Under the pieces are notes generated by a model. The model did not search any database. It saw only the letters and a program-made list of their open reading frames with translations, and was not told the DNA's origin. This document shows, piece after piece, positions 34,040 to 47,669 of a stretch of DNA of 55,444 nucleotides. Numbering within the stretch: the stretch's first letter is position 1; every line of letters begins with the position of its first letter. The position numbers were made by a program, and so were the translations under genes. Origin of the DNA: Octopus bimaculoides (lineage: Eukaryota); NCBI RefSeq assembly GCF_001194135.2, contig NC_068989.1, positions 51,194,764 to 51,250,207 on the forward strand, given 5' to 3'.

Positions 34040-34356
34040 AAAGTGCGATGCGTAGAGCACTCATCATACTTTCAGTCTCATGAGCAGGGAATAAAGAGTG
34101 ATATTGAACTTTCTAGGTTCTGAATTCAAGTTCTAAGCTCGAATTTCAGTTTGGATAAAAGATGTTCCAGTTGAGTACTGGTGTCGATGTAACAGAACTC
34201 CCCGAAACTGATGGTCTTGTTCGAAATTTTGAGACCTCTATTACCATTACGAAGTCGGCGAGCCCGATGAATCATTCACATAATGGACAACATGTCTATC
34301 CGCATTTCTTCCGGCTAAATGTTTTGAGTTCAAATTCTTTCCCAAACAACTTTGTC
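34040..34356 (+). mobile_element. Two degenerate SINE family 2 copies in tandem, running into a gap
   Basis: ttctgaattcaagttc...ccagttgagtactggtgtcgatgtaac...cttgttcgaaatttgagac, then ggcgagc...ttttgagttcaaattc. Confidence 0.65.
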
Positions 34357-34958
34357 NNNNNNNNNNNNNNNNNNNNNNNNNNNNNNNNNNNNNNNNNNNN
34401 NNNNNNNNNNNNNNNNNNNNNNNNNNNNNNNNNNNNNNNNNNNNNNNNNNNNNNNNNNNNNNNNNNNNNNNNNNNNNNNNNNNNNNNNNNNNNNNNNNNN
34501 NNNNNNNNNNNNNNNNNNNNNNNNNNNNNNNNNNNNNNNNNNNNNNNNNNNNNNNNNNNNNNNNNNNNNNNNNNNNNNNNNNNNNNNNNNNNNNNNNNNN
34601 NNNNNNNNNNNNNNNNNNNNNNNNNNNNNNNNNNNNNNNNNNNNNNNNNNNNNNNNNNNNNNNNNNNNNNNNNNNNNNNNNNNNNNNNNNNNNNNNNNNN
34701 NNNNNNNNNNNNNNNNNNNNNNNNNNNNNNNNNNNNNNNNNNNNNNNNNNNNNNNNNNNNNNNNNNNNNNNNNNNNNNNNNNNNNNNNNNNNNNNNNNNN
34801 NNNNNNNNNNNNNNNNNNNNNNNNNNNNNNNNNNNNNNNNNNNNNNNNNNNNNNNNNNNNNNNNNNNNNNNNNNNNNNNNNNNNNNNNNNNNNNNNNNNN
34901 NNNNNCTTTTTCACTTGTTTATTGTTGTTATTTTACCGTCATTCTCTGGAAAGCTTTA

Positions 34959-35184
34959 GAGAACATTATTATATAAAATTTATTAATGAGGGTAGAAATT
35001 GTTATTAATCAATTAGAACCAGTTGTCTACAATATTAGGAGTCCACTTTTACTGGTCATTCCTCTTATTTTTGTATGTATTATAATTTTAATCTTCAGAT
35101 TTTTTTAATATGCTAGACCACTGGTTCTAATTGATTAATATCAATTTCTACCCTCATTAATAAATGTTATATAATAATGTTCTC
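34959..35184. mobile_element. MITE with ~75-bp TIRs
   Basis: gagaacattattatataaaatttattaatgagggtagaaattg...tagaaccagt pairs with actggttctaattgattaatatcaatttctaccctcattaataaatgttatataataatgttctc. The internal segment recurs at about 35558-35600. Confidence 0.9.
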
Positions 35185-35594
35185 AAACCGGTAAATTAGC
35201 TGCAAAAATTTATTAACTGCAGAATTATTTCCGGACTTAGCCCGCCAGATTGAAGACATTTGAAAGGATACACTGAATGTAGTATGTAGAACTCTACACG
35301 TGCTCCTTTTCAGGTCGACGTCTTGTGTCTAATTCTGGAAATTATATTGCAAATCGACAGACTACGCTGACGATCCTGCAGATATTTACATATATAAATT
35401 TTAACAGGTGATACCATGGTACGTAGGTTAATCGCTTTTTTTATTCAGTATTTTTTCATTTGTCTTGCCCTTTTACAGCCTGTTATGTCGCTGAATTTTT
35501 ACTGAGAACATATATTTTTTTCGTGGTTAGCTGATTCGGCATCTATTTCTAGCATATAGGAGTCCACTTTTGCTGGTCATTCCTCTTATTTTTG

Positions 35595-35619
<25 letters not shown>

Positions 35620-35675
<56 letters not shown>
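35620..35675. repeat. (TA)n/(GATA)n compound microsatellite
   Basis: Direct inspection. Confidence 0.95.
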
Positions 35676-35676
<1 letters not shown>

Positions 35677-36734
35677 GGCACATGTACACGCATTCACGAA
35701 GACTTGCCTATGTGTGTTCTAGCGCTAGAGAAATATGAAGAAATGAATTTTAGTGCGTATAAGGTTATTGAATTGAACGATAATATATTTAGCTTCCGAA
35801 TGTGATTACTTCTTCTACCATTTAGAAATCAGAGATGTAATAACACCACCAGTGAATATGTTATAGTAATGTTGCATATATTAACGTTATATATAGCCCT
35901 AAATTCGACATGAGATATTTGCGTCAAAACCATATATGCATAAATTCTAGGCAAAGTAACTTGCATGATACTATTTATATATCAGGATATACTTTAACTG
36001 TACGTATCGATATAATTTGAGAAACCATTACATAAATAAATCATAGCTTCAATTGAATTATCGAAAATGTTAATGGCTGGTTGCAATAGAAATCTAATGA
36101 TAAATTAAAATGATTGCTTACTGCAAAAAAAAATTGATGAGTAGGAACCCATCAACATCCTACATGCTAATTTGTGCCAAAGGCTTAAAAGAATATAATG
36201 TAGCAATAATTTTGAAAGCAATTATATAGAATATAACGAGTATTGTTATAACGTTCGTTTCAGCTTCGGCACAGATTTGAGTCAGAGTAGAGTGAGCTGA
36301 CTTGGATACCAGGGGAACGACATTGAGGAGGTCAGCAATGCTGACAAAATAGATTTCGTAAACTCAACTGCCTGTGTGATTAACCGAATGAGTAATCGAA
36401 TAATGGTTTAGTTAGTTGGTTAAATTGCAACAAAATTGAGAATAATAACGAAGTCAAATTGAACAATTGTGTGTGTTTTTGACATAATGTTCAACACGAA
36501 AAACAACCAAATTTAAATGTAATTCCTTTACAGTTTGAGAGCATTACATCATTACAAAGAAAACAGTTCTCATTAGATGACCGCATAGACTTCAAGCATA
36601 GAAGACAAGTTAGATATTTAAACATATTTTGATCATCAATAGAGAGAAAATAAATACTTACAATGATTCTGCTGCTAAATTTTTGAGCAGAATGAAAAAA
36701 AGGACAGTACATTTATATATATATATATATATAT

Positions 36735-37330
36735 ATATAAATATACCACCTTGTATGCCGTAAGACCCTTGGAATGTTTGGGTGATCCTAGCAGAATGGA
36801 AGGGGGCTTTGTCATGCATGAATACGAGATTTCTTAGAAGTGACAGCAGTATGTCATCTAGCCACGGATCCAAGACCTCCGTCAGAAGATTGCAGTAGGC
36901 GGCTGCAGTCAGTTTAAAGTCTTCAGGCACCCTGAATAGGCCAACACATCTGTCCCCAATGACGCCAACGCGCAACATGACTCTTCTTGACGTCGTAAAC
37001 GTTGGTGACGCTCATCTCAAATATAGACCCAACCATTTATCCAAACGTCAGACTCGTGAAGGACGACCCTGGTTTTGTCAAAGAACAAAACACAACTCAT
37101 GTCTAACATCATAAACGTTTGGGCTCATTGAAGCCTCAAACCCCTATCAGGAGGCAGTTGCAGGGATTCTTGCGCGAACGTCATGGTCCCGAGGACGCGA
37201 TTTCCGGTGGTTTGCGGTACATGAGTAAGTACAGAGGCAGTGAAAATGGCTTTGCTTGTTCAACCAGGTTTCCCACGTAAACTGCGGCTAATATTCCTTC
37301 AATCCCTAGCTGTCACAGTCCTGGAGGTGC
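36735..37330 (-). pseudogene. Tc1-like transposase remnant (possibly DD37E/TRT type)
   Basis: LDMSCVLFFDKTRVVLHESDVWINGWVY..DERHQRLRRQ (first Asp region), then VIGDRCVGLFRVPEDFKLTAAAYCNLL...FMHDKAPFHSAR (second Asp). Truncated before the Glu. Confidence 0.82.
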
Positions 37331-38749
37331 TACAATCTGATCGTTTCTTCATTGACGCTTATGTGGCTAAATAATTTATTATATCAAAAAATACTATTAT
37401 ATTTTTGTGGTTTTCTGTTAAATATATACTCCATGTATGCTTAATAGTTATCATTACCCTTCACTTTCTGAAGTAAATATCTAGGTAGGTTATTTTCATT
37501 CAAATGCTATTAAATGAAGAAACTGAAATAAAAAAGAAAGGAGGTTACAAAGAATATTGAAAACCTAACAATAGTGTTGCCATAGTGTGCAAACCAGCTG
37601 GGAAATATTTTTGCAAAATCGATTCACAGAAAACTGAGAAATCCTACATTTCACTCCTCCGGTATTAGCGTAGTACTGTGTGTGCGCGCGCGAGCGTGTG
37701 TGTATCTATATGATAAATGGCTTTGGGGTTTCAAAACACACATGAGCTTCAGGAGTTCCAGTCTCAAATTTATTAACGTAACAAGCCCTGTTCGGCAATT
37801 CTTTTTACTTTTCAATTGCTAACAGTAAAGCTTTGGTGAGACTGAAGTTACAACGGAATATCCGGAGAAAATGCTTAAAAGTTCAAATGTTCATGCAAAT
37901 TACAATCTTGAGTTCCTCAGCAATAGACTTTAATGCAAGTTCTAATGTTCAGTCATAGCATTAAATTATGTAACAATTACATACAATGAAGTTTTTAAAA
38001 GTGTGAGGAAGAATGAAAGGGAATAAAATGTGTCCTTTAAAATTTCAGTCGTGGTGCATGACAGAAGATGTTTTGTTGGTATTTGTGTTGGTGTGATTCA
38101 AATTGGAATTTCAATAGTGCTAATTGGTTGTAAATTTAATGAGGTTACATATTTGTCGCTGCTTGCGGTCTCCTATTTTGACTGGCTGGCTGCTTGAATA
38201 TATCACTTTATTTTTCGGATGCAGTGTAAAATATTTTGGCTTGGCAAAAGTACAGTTTTCAGAATGTTTGAAGCCCTGGTGCCTTCGTTCGACTGTTTTG
38301 GACACTTGATTTTCGGTAGTAGATACCCAGTACCCTGGATGGTTGATTTTCTGCATACGTCATTTGATTTTGTCAAAGGTTTTGATAAGTTGATTTCATC
38401 TGACGGTCATCCAGCATTCTGATTGAATCACTCCCTTAAGAAGCCAATTCTGGCTAATTCACTACGAAGCTAAGCATAAAGAACAATATGATAAGCCATT
38501 GTTGAAGAGAACGAAACATAAAAAATGCCTGATGCCAGAATCGGGGTCATTATCGAAAAAGCAACCCAGAGGCCCAACAAAGAAAACATGTGCAAAACAT
38601 TAATTCCAGAACATCTTAATAGAAAAGTACAATCCTTTTAGGATTAACAGTGCTAGATATATACATGCACACACGTGCGCGCGCATGCGCAAGCATAGGT
38701 ATACTCATATATATATATTTTATATATATTTTATTTATTTCGGTGATTT

Positions 38750-39132
38750 GATAGTGGTCATGTTGTACATTACCGTAAAATGCTTAAGCTGAACGACACG
38801 CATTTTTAAAAGCATCGTGCTTATTCCATCCATCATTGCCGAATGTCTAAGTTACAGGGACATGATCAAACCAACACCAGTTTCCAAGCGATGTTGGTGG
38901 ATAAACATACACAAACACATCTATACACGCGCACGCACATTCATATAGGCACAACGGTTTAATTTCTATATCTTTCAACCACAACTACTCACGTGGTGTT
39001 CGTCGTCTCGGAGCTATAGTAGAATATATTAACTCAAGGTGGTCCGAAGTGGGAGTGAAACCAGAACCATGTTATTAGAAAATTCTTCCACAAAGCTACC
39101 CTGCGAATGTAGATAGATGCATACATACATAC

Positions 39133-39163
<31 letters not shown>

Positions 39164-39410
39164 CATACAGATATAGGTAGATAGATATATATATATATAC
39201 ATACGTAAATACATATAGATGCTTGTATCCTTATAATTATTTCAGTCATTTCACTGCGGCCGTGATGGAGCACCGCAATTTAGGCAAACTAACCGACCCC
39301 ATGACTTATTCTTTGTAAGCCCGGCACTTATTCTATCGGTCGATTTTGCCGACCTGCTAAGTTACAGGGACGAAACACACAAACATCGGTTCTCAAGTGA
39401 TGATGGGGGA
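38750..39410 (-). mobile_element. Cluster of degenerate SINEs (family 2-type about 38750-38900 and 39235-39405; family 1 about 38990-39100)
   Basis: ctaagttacagggac occurs twice; tttcagtcatttcactgcggccgtgatggagcacc; gctatagtagaa...ccagaaccatg. Confidence 0.7.
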
Positions 39411-39454
39411 GGAACACACACAAACACACGCACACGCATATATCTATCTATCCA

Positions 39455-39539
<85 letters not shown>

Positions 39540-42500
39540 NNNNNNNNNNNNNNNNNNNNNNNNNNNNNNNNNNNNNNNNNNNNNNNNNNNNNNNNNNNNN
39601 NNNNNNNNNNNNNNNNNNNNNNNNNNNNNNNNNNNNNNNNNNNNNNNNNNNNNNNNNNNNNNNNNNNNNNNNNNNNNNNNNNNNNNNNNNNNNNNNNNNN
39701 NNNNNNNNNNNNNNNNNNNNNNNNNNNNNNNNNNNNNNNNNNNNNNNNNNNNNNNNNNNNNNNNNNNNNNNNNNNNNNNNNNNNNNNNNNNNNNNNNNNN
39801 NNNNNNNNNNNNNNNNNNNNNNNNNNNNNNNNNNNNNNNNNNNNNNNNNNNNNNNNNNNNNNNNNNNNNNNNNNNNNNNNNNNNNNNNNNNNNNNNNNNN
39901 NNNNNNNNNNNNNNNNNNNNNNNNNNNNNNNNNNNNNNNNNNNNNNNNNNNNNNNNNNNNNNNNNNNNNNNNNNNNNNNNNNNNNNNNNNNNNNNNNNNN
40001 NNNNNNNNNNNNNNNNNNNNNNNNNNNNNNNNNNNNNNNNNNNNNNNNNNNNNNNNNNNNNNNNNNNNNNNNNNNNNNNNNNNNNNNNNNNNNNNNNNNN
40101 NNNNNNNNNNNNNNNNTATATATATATATATATATATATACATGTGTGACTGTGTTTGTGGGTGGGTGTGTACACACATAAATTTACCGGTTTATTGTAG
40201 TAAAAGAACTGTCATATCTTCAAATGACAGTGATATTATTGACGTCAAAATACAGTTTTACAGCAAAATTGTTGTGTTAATGCCAGTTAGTGATCTCGCG
40301 TTTCTATTTTGGGTATGTTATCTCCACAACTTATTGCAAAGAGTATAGTATAATTCAATTTCTGCGGTAATCGATACTTCAAAAGATAAAATATTATTAA
40401 CCGAACCCATGATATTATGTATATTTATTACTTTCTTCAGTAATATATATTCTAGGAATAATATTTCAAGGTTAATAATCCCTGAGAGATATAATTTTAT
40501 CGTACACATTATGCTCATATATCATGTTTCTTCTACGTGTATGCTTAGGCAATTTTTACCTCATATAGTCAAGTGCCAATATCATAAAACAGGAATAAAA
40601 AATGCCTTCATTAACATAAAAACCAAACTGAATATAAAGCATTCTGTGGAAACAATACTAAATTGTTAACTGCATCTACAAGAAATATGATGAAAGACTG
40701 GAAAGATTTATGTTTTCTTCAAGTTTTGATATTAAGAAAACTATGGACAAGCTATATCTCATAAATACATGTAGAATAATGTTTTTGAACAATGTGGAGA
40801 AAATATTGTTAAATTTACTATTGAACTGATGGGAAACCAAATATTTCATAACTTGTATGCTATTTCCATTCAAAACTTAATTCCCTACTCAAATATTTCA
40901 GTGGAGAAAGAGATGTTTATGGGATCTATCCCGTAATAGAAAAGAATAACATACGTAACTTTTAAATAATACGCTGAAGTTTTATTAGAAATACAATTCA
41001 ACTCGTAAATACACACCAAAACGCATGAACGCACTCAAACAAACACGCACAGATCACCTTCAGGACATAGCTTCGCAATCTAGGCTTCAGTAATAATGAA
41101 CAATGACAAAAACAATGGTGTTTATATACATTTTTCATGAATTAAACAACAACGCATAAGTATGTTGTGAAGCAATATATTAGAAAAGAAAAAAATGGAA
41201 GAAAGAAAGAAAGAATGATGCCAATAATGCGCAGTATCAGGTTCAGAAATATTGTTCTGAAGTGTTGATCAATAGTTTAGAAAGGAATTGACCAGACAGA
41301 CTCTGTGAGGAATCCTATCGTCCTTCTTTATGAGCGCGCGCACATATTGTGTGTAAATGAAGGCACTGAATAGCAGTTATATTTTGAGAAATACATTTTA
41401 ATACCCGTAATGCGCGCAGTGTATATACGCACAGGGGAAATAACTGCCCCATGAGCAAATCTAGAAGCACTCACTGTACTAGACTAGTTTCATCTATTAG
41501 CTGCAGAACTATATAATACTATATAAGAATAGAAGCAACTAGCTACAATACAAAACAGTAAAGCAAAATTCAATCCTCACGAAGGAGATAAGAGATAGAC
41601 CCTAAATGATGCATGAAGTGCTTAATCTGTATACAAGAACAAGGAATATTAGCACCGCATTAAAGGTTTTAACACTAATTTCTTGCTACATAGGTTCTAT
41701 TCGTCGCCCCCATTCATTGTTTTACTATACACAGAGTTTCGCTGACGGGTTCTGCAACTAATAGAGAAATCTAGTCTAGCACAATACCTCTCGATTTCCT
41801 CATGGGACGGTTATCTCCTTTCTCATTTTGTGCTTCATGCACCATTAACTCTTTTTTCCTGCAGTATAGGGTGCTATTCTGCGCCCTCAGTGACCATAAA
41901 ATGTTTTCTGTAATATGTTTTCCTCTTCAAAATAACTACAGATATGAATTGCAAAACGCAAAACCTCATATACTGCATTAGTTCCCAAACTGAAAAAAAA
42001 AAAATTACATTGGCGAAACAAATAATTGAAAAGAAATCTACAGGCAACATATCCGAAAAGAGGAATTACGCAAGATTCCATTAAGTAAGCATCTGAAAAT
42101 ATGCAGTGACGGAAAATTCAATTTTTGTTTCTTTTTCCAAAGGTGCACGGGAGGATCCGCAATACCGAAAGCCATTGGAAATACATTTCATCAAAAAATT
42201 CTCTCCAAAAAATTCTCTCCAGAATGTTTGGAAGAAAAGCGGAGACAGTACATTTTATATTTGTTATACTAATGTTCTCTAATACAAAAACATGAAATTC
42301 AAAGAGACGTGATCGAAGTTAAACAGTAAAAACATGGACACGTTCCCAAACACACACACAGTTCATTAAGGGATTCTCTCTAAAATTGAATGTTTGAAGG
42401 TAAAGTGGAGAATTTGCATTTTTTATTCCAAATGTGCAATACTGGCGGTAGATGAAACTGAACGTGAAGATATGACGCAAATTTCCAGTAGAGATTATAG

Positions 42501-43059
42501 AAGGATTCCAGAAAAAGCGTTGTGGTCCAAGATGAATTCAAAAGATGTTACTGAAGTAATAAATCCAAAAGCAGTACTGGTAATATGGTATGTAGTTGCA
42601 ATTGTAGATTGCACCACATATATTATCAACACAAAAGTATCCGTGATGCAAGGCATTGATGCCCTATTAAAAATATTGATTATATAGAAGTCATACATTG
42701 TGTCTGAGATTCAGTGGAAATATTGATATTGTTTTAGTTCGATCAGGGCTTCTTTGATTATAAATATACCCTAATTAAATATTAAATTTTAAGCAAGCGA
42801 TAACTAATGCAAAAGTATGTAATAACGTACATATATAAGCTCATCTAAAAACAAAAATTACGCATTAGAGATACAATCCAATAACTAGAATATTAATATT
42901 ATGCCGGGGTTTTTGTTTTTTATCTAATTCAAAATGTAGCTATTAAGTTTGTTGTTACCCACATTCCTGCATTGGAGCTTTTGTTTCTTTGTTAAATCCC
43001 AACTCCTTCTTAAATGTATTCTAACAAAAAGAAAATTGCAAAATATTGGCTTAAAATTT

Positions 43060-43255
43060 TGGCAGAAGGTCAGCAATTTCTGGGAAGGTGTGAGTCGATA
43101 ACATCGACTCCATTATTCAGCTGATACTTATGTTATTCATCCAGAATGAATCAAAGGCAAAGTTGACCTAGACGGCATTTCAAATCAGAACGGAACTCAG
43201 AAGAAATGCGCCGTGGATCTTTTCCCGGCGCGGTAATTATTACGCTACATCGCTG
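43060..43255 (-). mobile_element. SINE family 2
   Basis: gtcgataacatcgactcc...gatacttat...aaaggcaaagttgacctagacggcatttcaaatcagaacg is the reverse complement of the family 2 body. Confidence 0.8.
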
Positions 43256-43620
43256 CTTTAAACTCACAAAATATTCCAAACAAACTCACACGCATTAGTC
43301 GTACTAAAATATATATCACTTTATAAGTATTTACGCTTCTTTTCCTTTTTTTATTTTTGCTTACTGCAATCGATATTCTACTCCCTTTATCTACTGATGA
43401 CCATAGCAATTTTAGCATACTTTAGGAAAAAGGATATTTGGTTCGTATGTAGATATCAAAGTTGTAGGATATCTTGAAAGCAATTCTGCTAATAAGCACA
43501 TCATAAGTACCTCTTATATGTTTATCTCTTGATAACTGTAACTACTTGTTCCATGAATAAGAAATATATTAACACGGACATGGTGAATAATCTTACACAT
43601 CAAAAAAGCATTACTGGAGG

Positions 43621-43651
<31 letters not shown>

Positions 43652-44597
43652 NNNNNNNNNNNNNNNNNNNNNNNNNNNNNNNNNNNNNNNNNNNNNNNNN
43701 NNNNNNNNNNNNNNNNNNNNNNNNNNNNNNNNNNNNNNNNNNNNNNNNNNNNNNNNNNNNNNNNNNNNNNNNNNNNNNNNNNNNNNNNNNNNNNNNNNNN
43801 NNNNNNNNNNNNNNNNNNNNNTATATTAATACATTCTAAATAAATTCGGATATAGATTACATAGGTCAGTAATTTACTCACCTATATAGCATGATAGTTG
43901 ACCGAGAGAAAATACATCCAAGTATAATAGATTTAATTTATGACAAGTCAATACGATATTTTATCAAATGAACATGATAATGTGGTAGCACTATATTACA
44001 GTAAAAAAAAATAACAATAAAAAAAAAACATTGAAATACGATTTAATCATTTCTCTGAATAATCTTGTTTACCGTAATTTGAAATGTTATTGCTTTCAAC
44101 GATATCTCTATTACTGTAAATTTCCATTACATTTACTTTACTTAACTGGCATCATTTATATCGTTACTATGATTCATGTCTTTCTCTTCACCTAATATCC
44201 TAAGTGTATTCTTCTATGTGATCGTCTTGCTTCTCGTGCTGATGACTATTGAAGATATTTGATAAAGATTCTTGACAGTATAAAGTACACTAAATTTTGA
44301 TAATGGATCAATCTCTCTCAGTAAAGACTGGGTGCTAATTTCAAAATCTATTCTTCCTATTGTTCTGAAACGGATATGTATGTAAATGATATTGCTAACA
44401 TTTAACATAATCAAAATTACACTATATAATAACATTTCGAAAATAAATACACTTCAGCTATTATATTTACTAACAGACAGTAAAAAATAAACAGTTCGAT
44501 CACATTTTCCCAAATTTGCACCTGATATGAAGAGAGTAACAAGGTGTCGTCATCTGACTGCGTTTAGATAGGACTCTACAATGGTTTCTCTTTTTAG

Positions 44598-44617
44598 AAA
44601 CTACAACGTAAAGCGAG
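44598..44617 (+). other. Candidate 20-nt microexon
   Basis: ggtttctctttttag|AAACTACAACGTAAAGCGAG|gtaagtgag: near-consensus acceptor and donor. Confidence 0.4.
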
Positions 44618-45541
44618 GTAAGTGAGTTGGGCACGCGGAAAAAAAACATTTTTGAACTTGTATTTGTACATATCATCAAATAGACTTTGGTATAATTGCA
44701 TATGATCCGTTTTTAAAAAATACCCGTTTTTAAACAAATTTAAACAGATGAATATATATCACTTCGCAGAATTAGTTATATTGGGAGAAAGTTCTTAACC
44801 TTATAAAATATTTCAGATCTGATATGTTAGGTTATTAATTTCCAATTTTAGACATTAACACAATGCGCTATGAGTCTTGTTATGCAAACAAATTATGTAG
44901 TTATAATGGAATTAATATACATAACATTTCGTCCGTTAATGGGGAAACATTTCTAATGTTAACTTCGATACTCTTCAAGTATTTCTTATATTAATCTTCA
45001 TAAGTATGTCAATAAAGCATATGCATAACATCGTTTTCTCTGAATATTCGAAGGCCAGATTTTGTCCAAACATCTTCCAGTGAGAGCACACACAATCTTG
45101 ATAGATTCTCTGATTTTACGAATTTACAGATGCATCAAATGACCATTGCTTTTGTTGAAGTGCTTTTATTGATCCTGCATTTACATATGTAATGTAGAAA
45201 CACTGAAGTGGATTCTCAAATTTCTTCCCCAGATTACTAATATTTTTGCTGCATTTTTCGAATACATTACATTCTGTGAAATGCATTATTATACGTAGAA
45301 TCATAATTTCACCGCTGCTTTGCTTGATTACTTTACTCGCCTGTCATTCAGCATATCAATTATAACAAAATTACATACTCCAATGTTCTTCTCTGTTGTA
45401 ACTGGCATCGCATTAGCAGCTGGTTTGCATTACAAATATTCTCTGCAAGTCGTTAATTACAATCATTGCATCTATCAAATGAATTCACACCTGGCCCAGT
45501 AACTAACTACCTAGACAGGTAACATCTTAATAACATACACG

Positions 45542-45627
<86 letters not shown>

Positions 45628-47424
45628 NNNNNNNNNNNNNNNNNNNNNNNNNNNNNNNNNNNNNNNNNNNNNNNNNNNNNNNNNNNNNNNNNNNNNNNNN
45701 NNNNNNNNNNNNNNNNNNNNNNNNNNNNNNNNNNNNNNNNNNNNNNNNNNNNNNNNNNNNNNNNNNNNNNNNNNNNNNNNNNNNNNNNNNNNNNNNNNNN
45801 NNNNNNNNNNNNNNNNNNNNNNNNNNNNNNNNNNNNNNNNNNNNNNNNNNNNNNNNNNNNNNNNNNNNNNNNNNNNNNNNNNNNNNNNNNNNNNNNNNNN
45901 NNNNNNNNNNNNNNNNNNNNNNNNNNNNNNNNNNNNNNNNNNNNNNNNNNNNNNNNNNNNNNNNNNNNNNNNNNNNNNNNNNNNNNNNNNNNNNNNNNNN
46001 NNNNNNNNNNNNNNNNNNNNNNNNNNNNNNNNNNNNNNNNNNNNNNNNNNNNNNNNNNNNNNNNNNNNNNNNNNNNNNNNNNNNNNNNNNNNNNNNNNNN
46101 NNNNNNNNNNNNNNNNNNNNNNNNNNNNNNNNNNNNNNNNNNNNNNNNNNNNNNNNNNNNNNNNNNNNNNNNNNNNNNNNNNNNNNNNNNNNNNNNNNNN
46201 NNNNNNNNNNNNNNNNNNNNNNNNNNNNNNNNNNNNNNNNNNNNNNNNNNNNNNNNNNNNNNNNNNNNNNNNNNNNNNNNNNNNNNNNNNNNNNNNNNNN
46301 NNNNNNNNNNNNNNNNNNNNNNNNNNNNNNNNNNNNNNNNNNNNNNNNNNNNNNNNNNNNNNNNNNNNNNNNNNNNNNNNNNNNNNNNNNNNNNNNNNNN
46401 NNNNNNNNNNNNNNNNNNNNNNNNNNNNNNNNNNNNNNNNNNNNGTATGTGCGCCTGTGTGTTTGTATATGTATTCACCTGTGTCACCTTATGTGTGCAT
46501 GCCTGTGTGCGTGTATGCGTTTTGCAACTATGTACCATGTTTGTATGTATCGATGTGCATCTTCATATGGGTGGACACGTGTCTCCATATGTGTCCTTGT
46601 GTGATGACCATATATACACACACAGACTTTACTTCACACGATATTACAAAACATTTAATTTATACGATTAGTTACATCCACATATATTATTACAATGTAT
46701 GCAAACGATGACTATTCAGGAAATCGATTATCATATTTTCGTTAATGATACTTTTAAATATGATCTTAGTGAGAGAGCAGATCGTACATTTTACAAGAAA
46801 ATGTTAAGCTTTAAGGAGTAACTTATTTATGCAATGTGCCGTGAGAGAGAGAGAGAGAGTGAAACAATGAGTGGGAAAGGGAGAGAGATAGAGAGAGAGG
46901 GAGAAGGAAAGGGCAGTTTTCGTGTATGAAGTCGAGAGGATATATCTATAGACTTCACAGTTTATACCTAAAGGATTCCGTATTTTGTATATGTGGATTA
47001 GAGAACATAAGCATAAACCGATCTTTTCCAACCTGAAACTGTTTTAAAATTTTACTCAGAAGCACAAGCTGAACGCTTGTGATTGCATGTACAGTGATCT
47101 CATCCAATTTACCAAAAAGCATATTTCATTCATAAGACGGTGATTGATATTAGGCGTGAATATATCATTCTGATTTGCTTGTGACATGCGCCCTTGTTCT
47201 TTACTATCATGTCAAATTCTACCGATAACAGCTTTACCTTTGATCAATTGGCATTTAGAAATTGACAAATAAGTTAGCATACCGTTCTCTCTTTTTTTTT
47301 TTTTTTTTTCGAATTCATATAACGTTATCGGTGTCTGAAATGATTGCTATCCAAATGTAATCGACCGTGTCCAGACTGCGAATGGGAAGAGTTCCAACAT
47401 ATTTTAAAAATCACAAAGTGACCG

Positions 47425-47470
47425 TAATGATGCTGCTGCTGATAATGACGATGACGACGACGACGACGAC

Positions 47471-47525
<55 letters not shown>

Positions 47526-47660
47526 CTGCTGATGATGATGATGATGATTGTGGTGGTTGTGGTGGTCTTGGTGGTGATTTTGGTGGTGGTAGTGGTAGTG
47601 AGGATGATGATGTTGATGGTAATGACGACGATGGTGATTATGATGATGATAATAATAACG
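47425..47660. repeat. (GAT)n/(GAC)n/(GGT)n trinucleotide tract
   Basis: Direct inspection; accounts for the poly-M and poly-H ORFs. Confidence 0.95.
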
Positions 47661-47669
47661 ACTCATGAT

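Noticed and set aside
37950-38420. Possible LINE ORF1 fragment
   Set aside because: Only vague Cys/His similarity; not enough to call.
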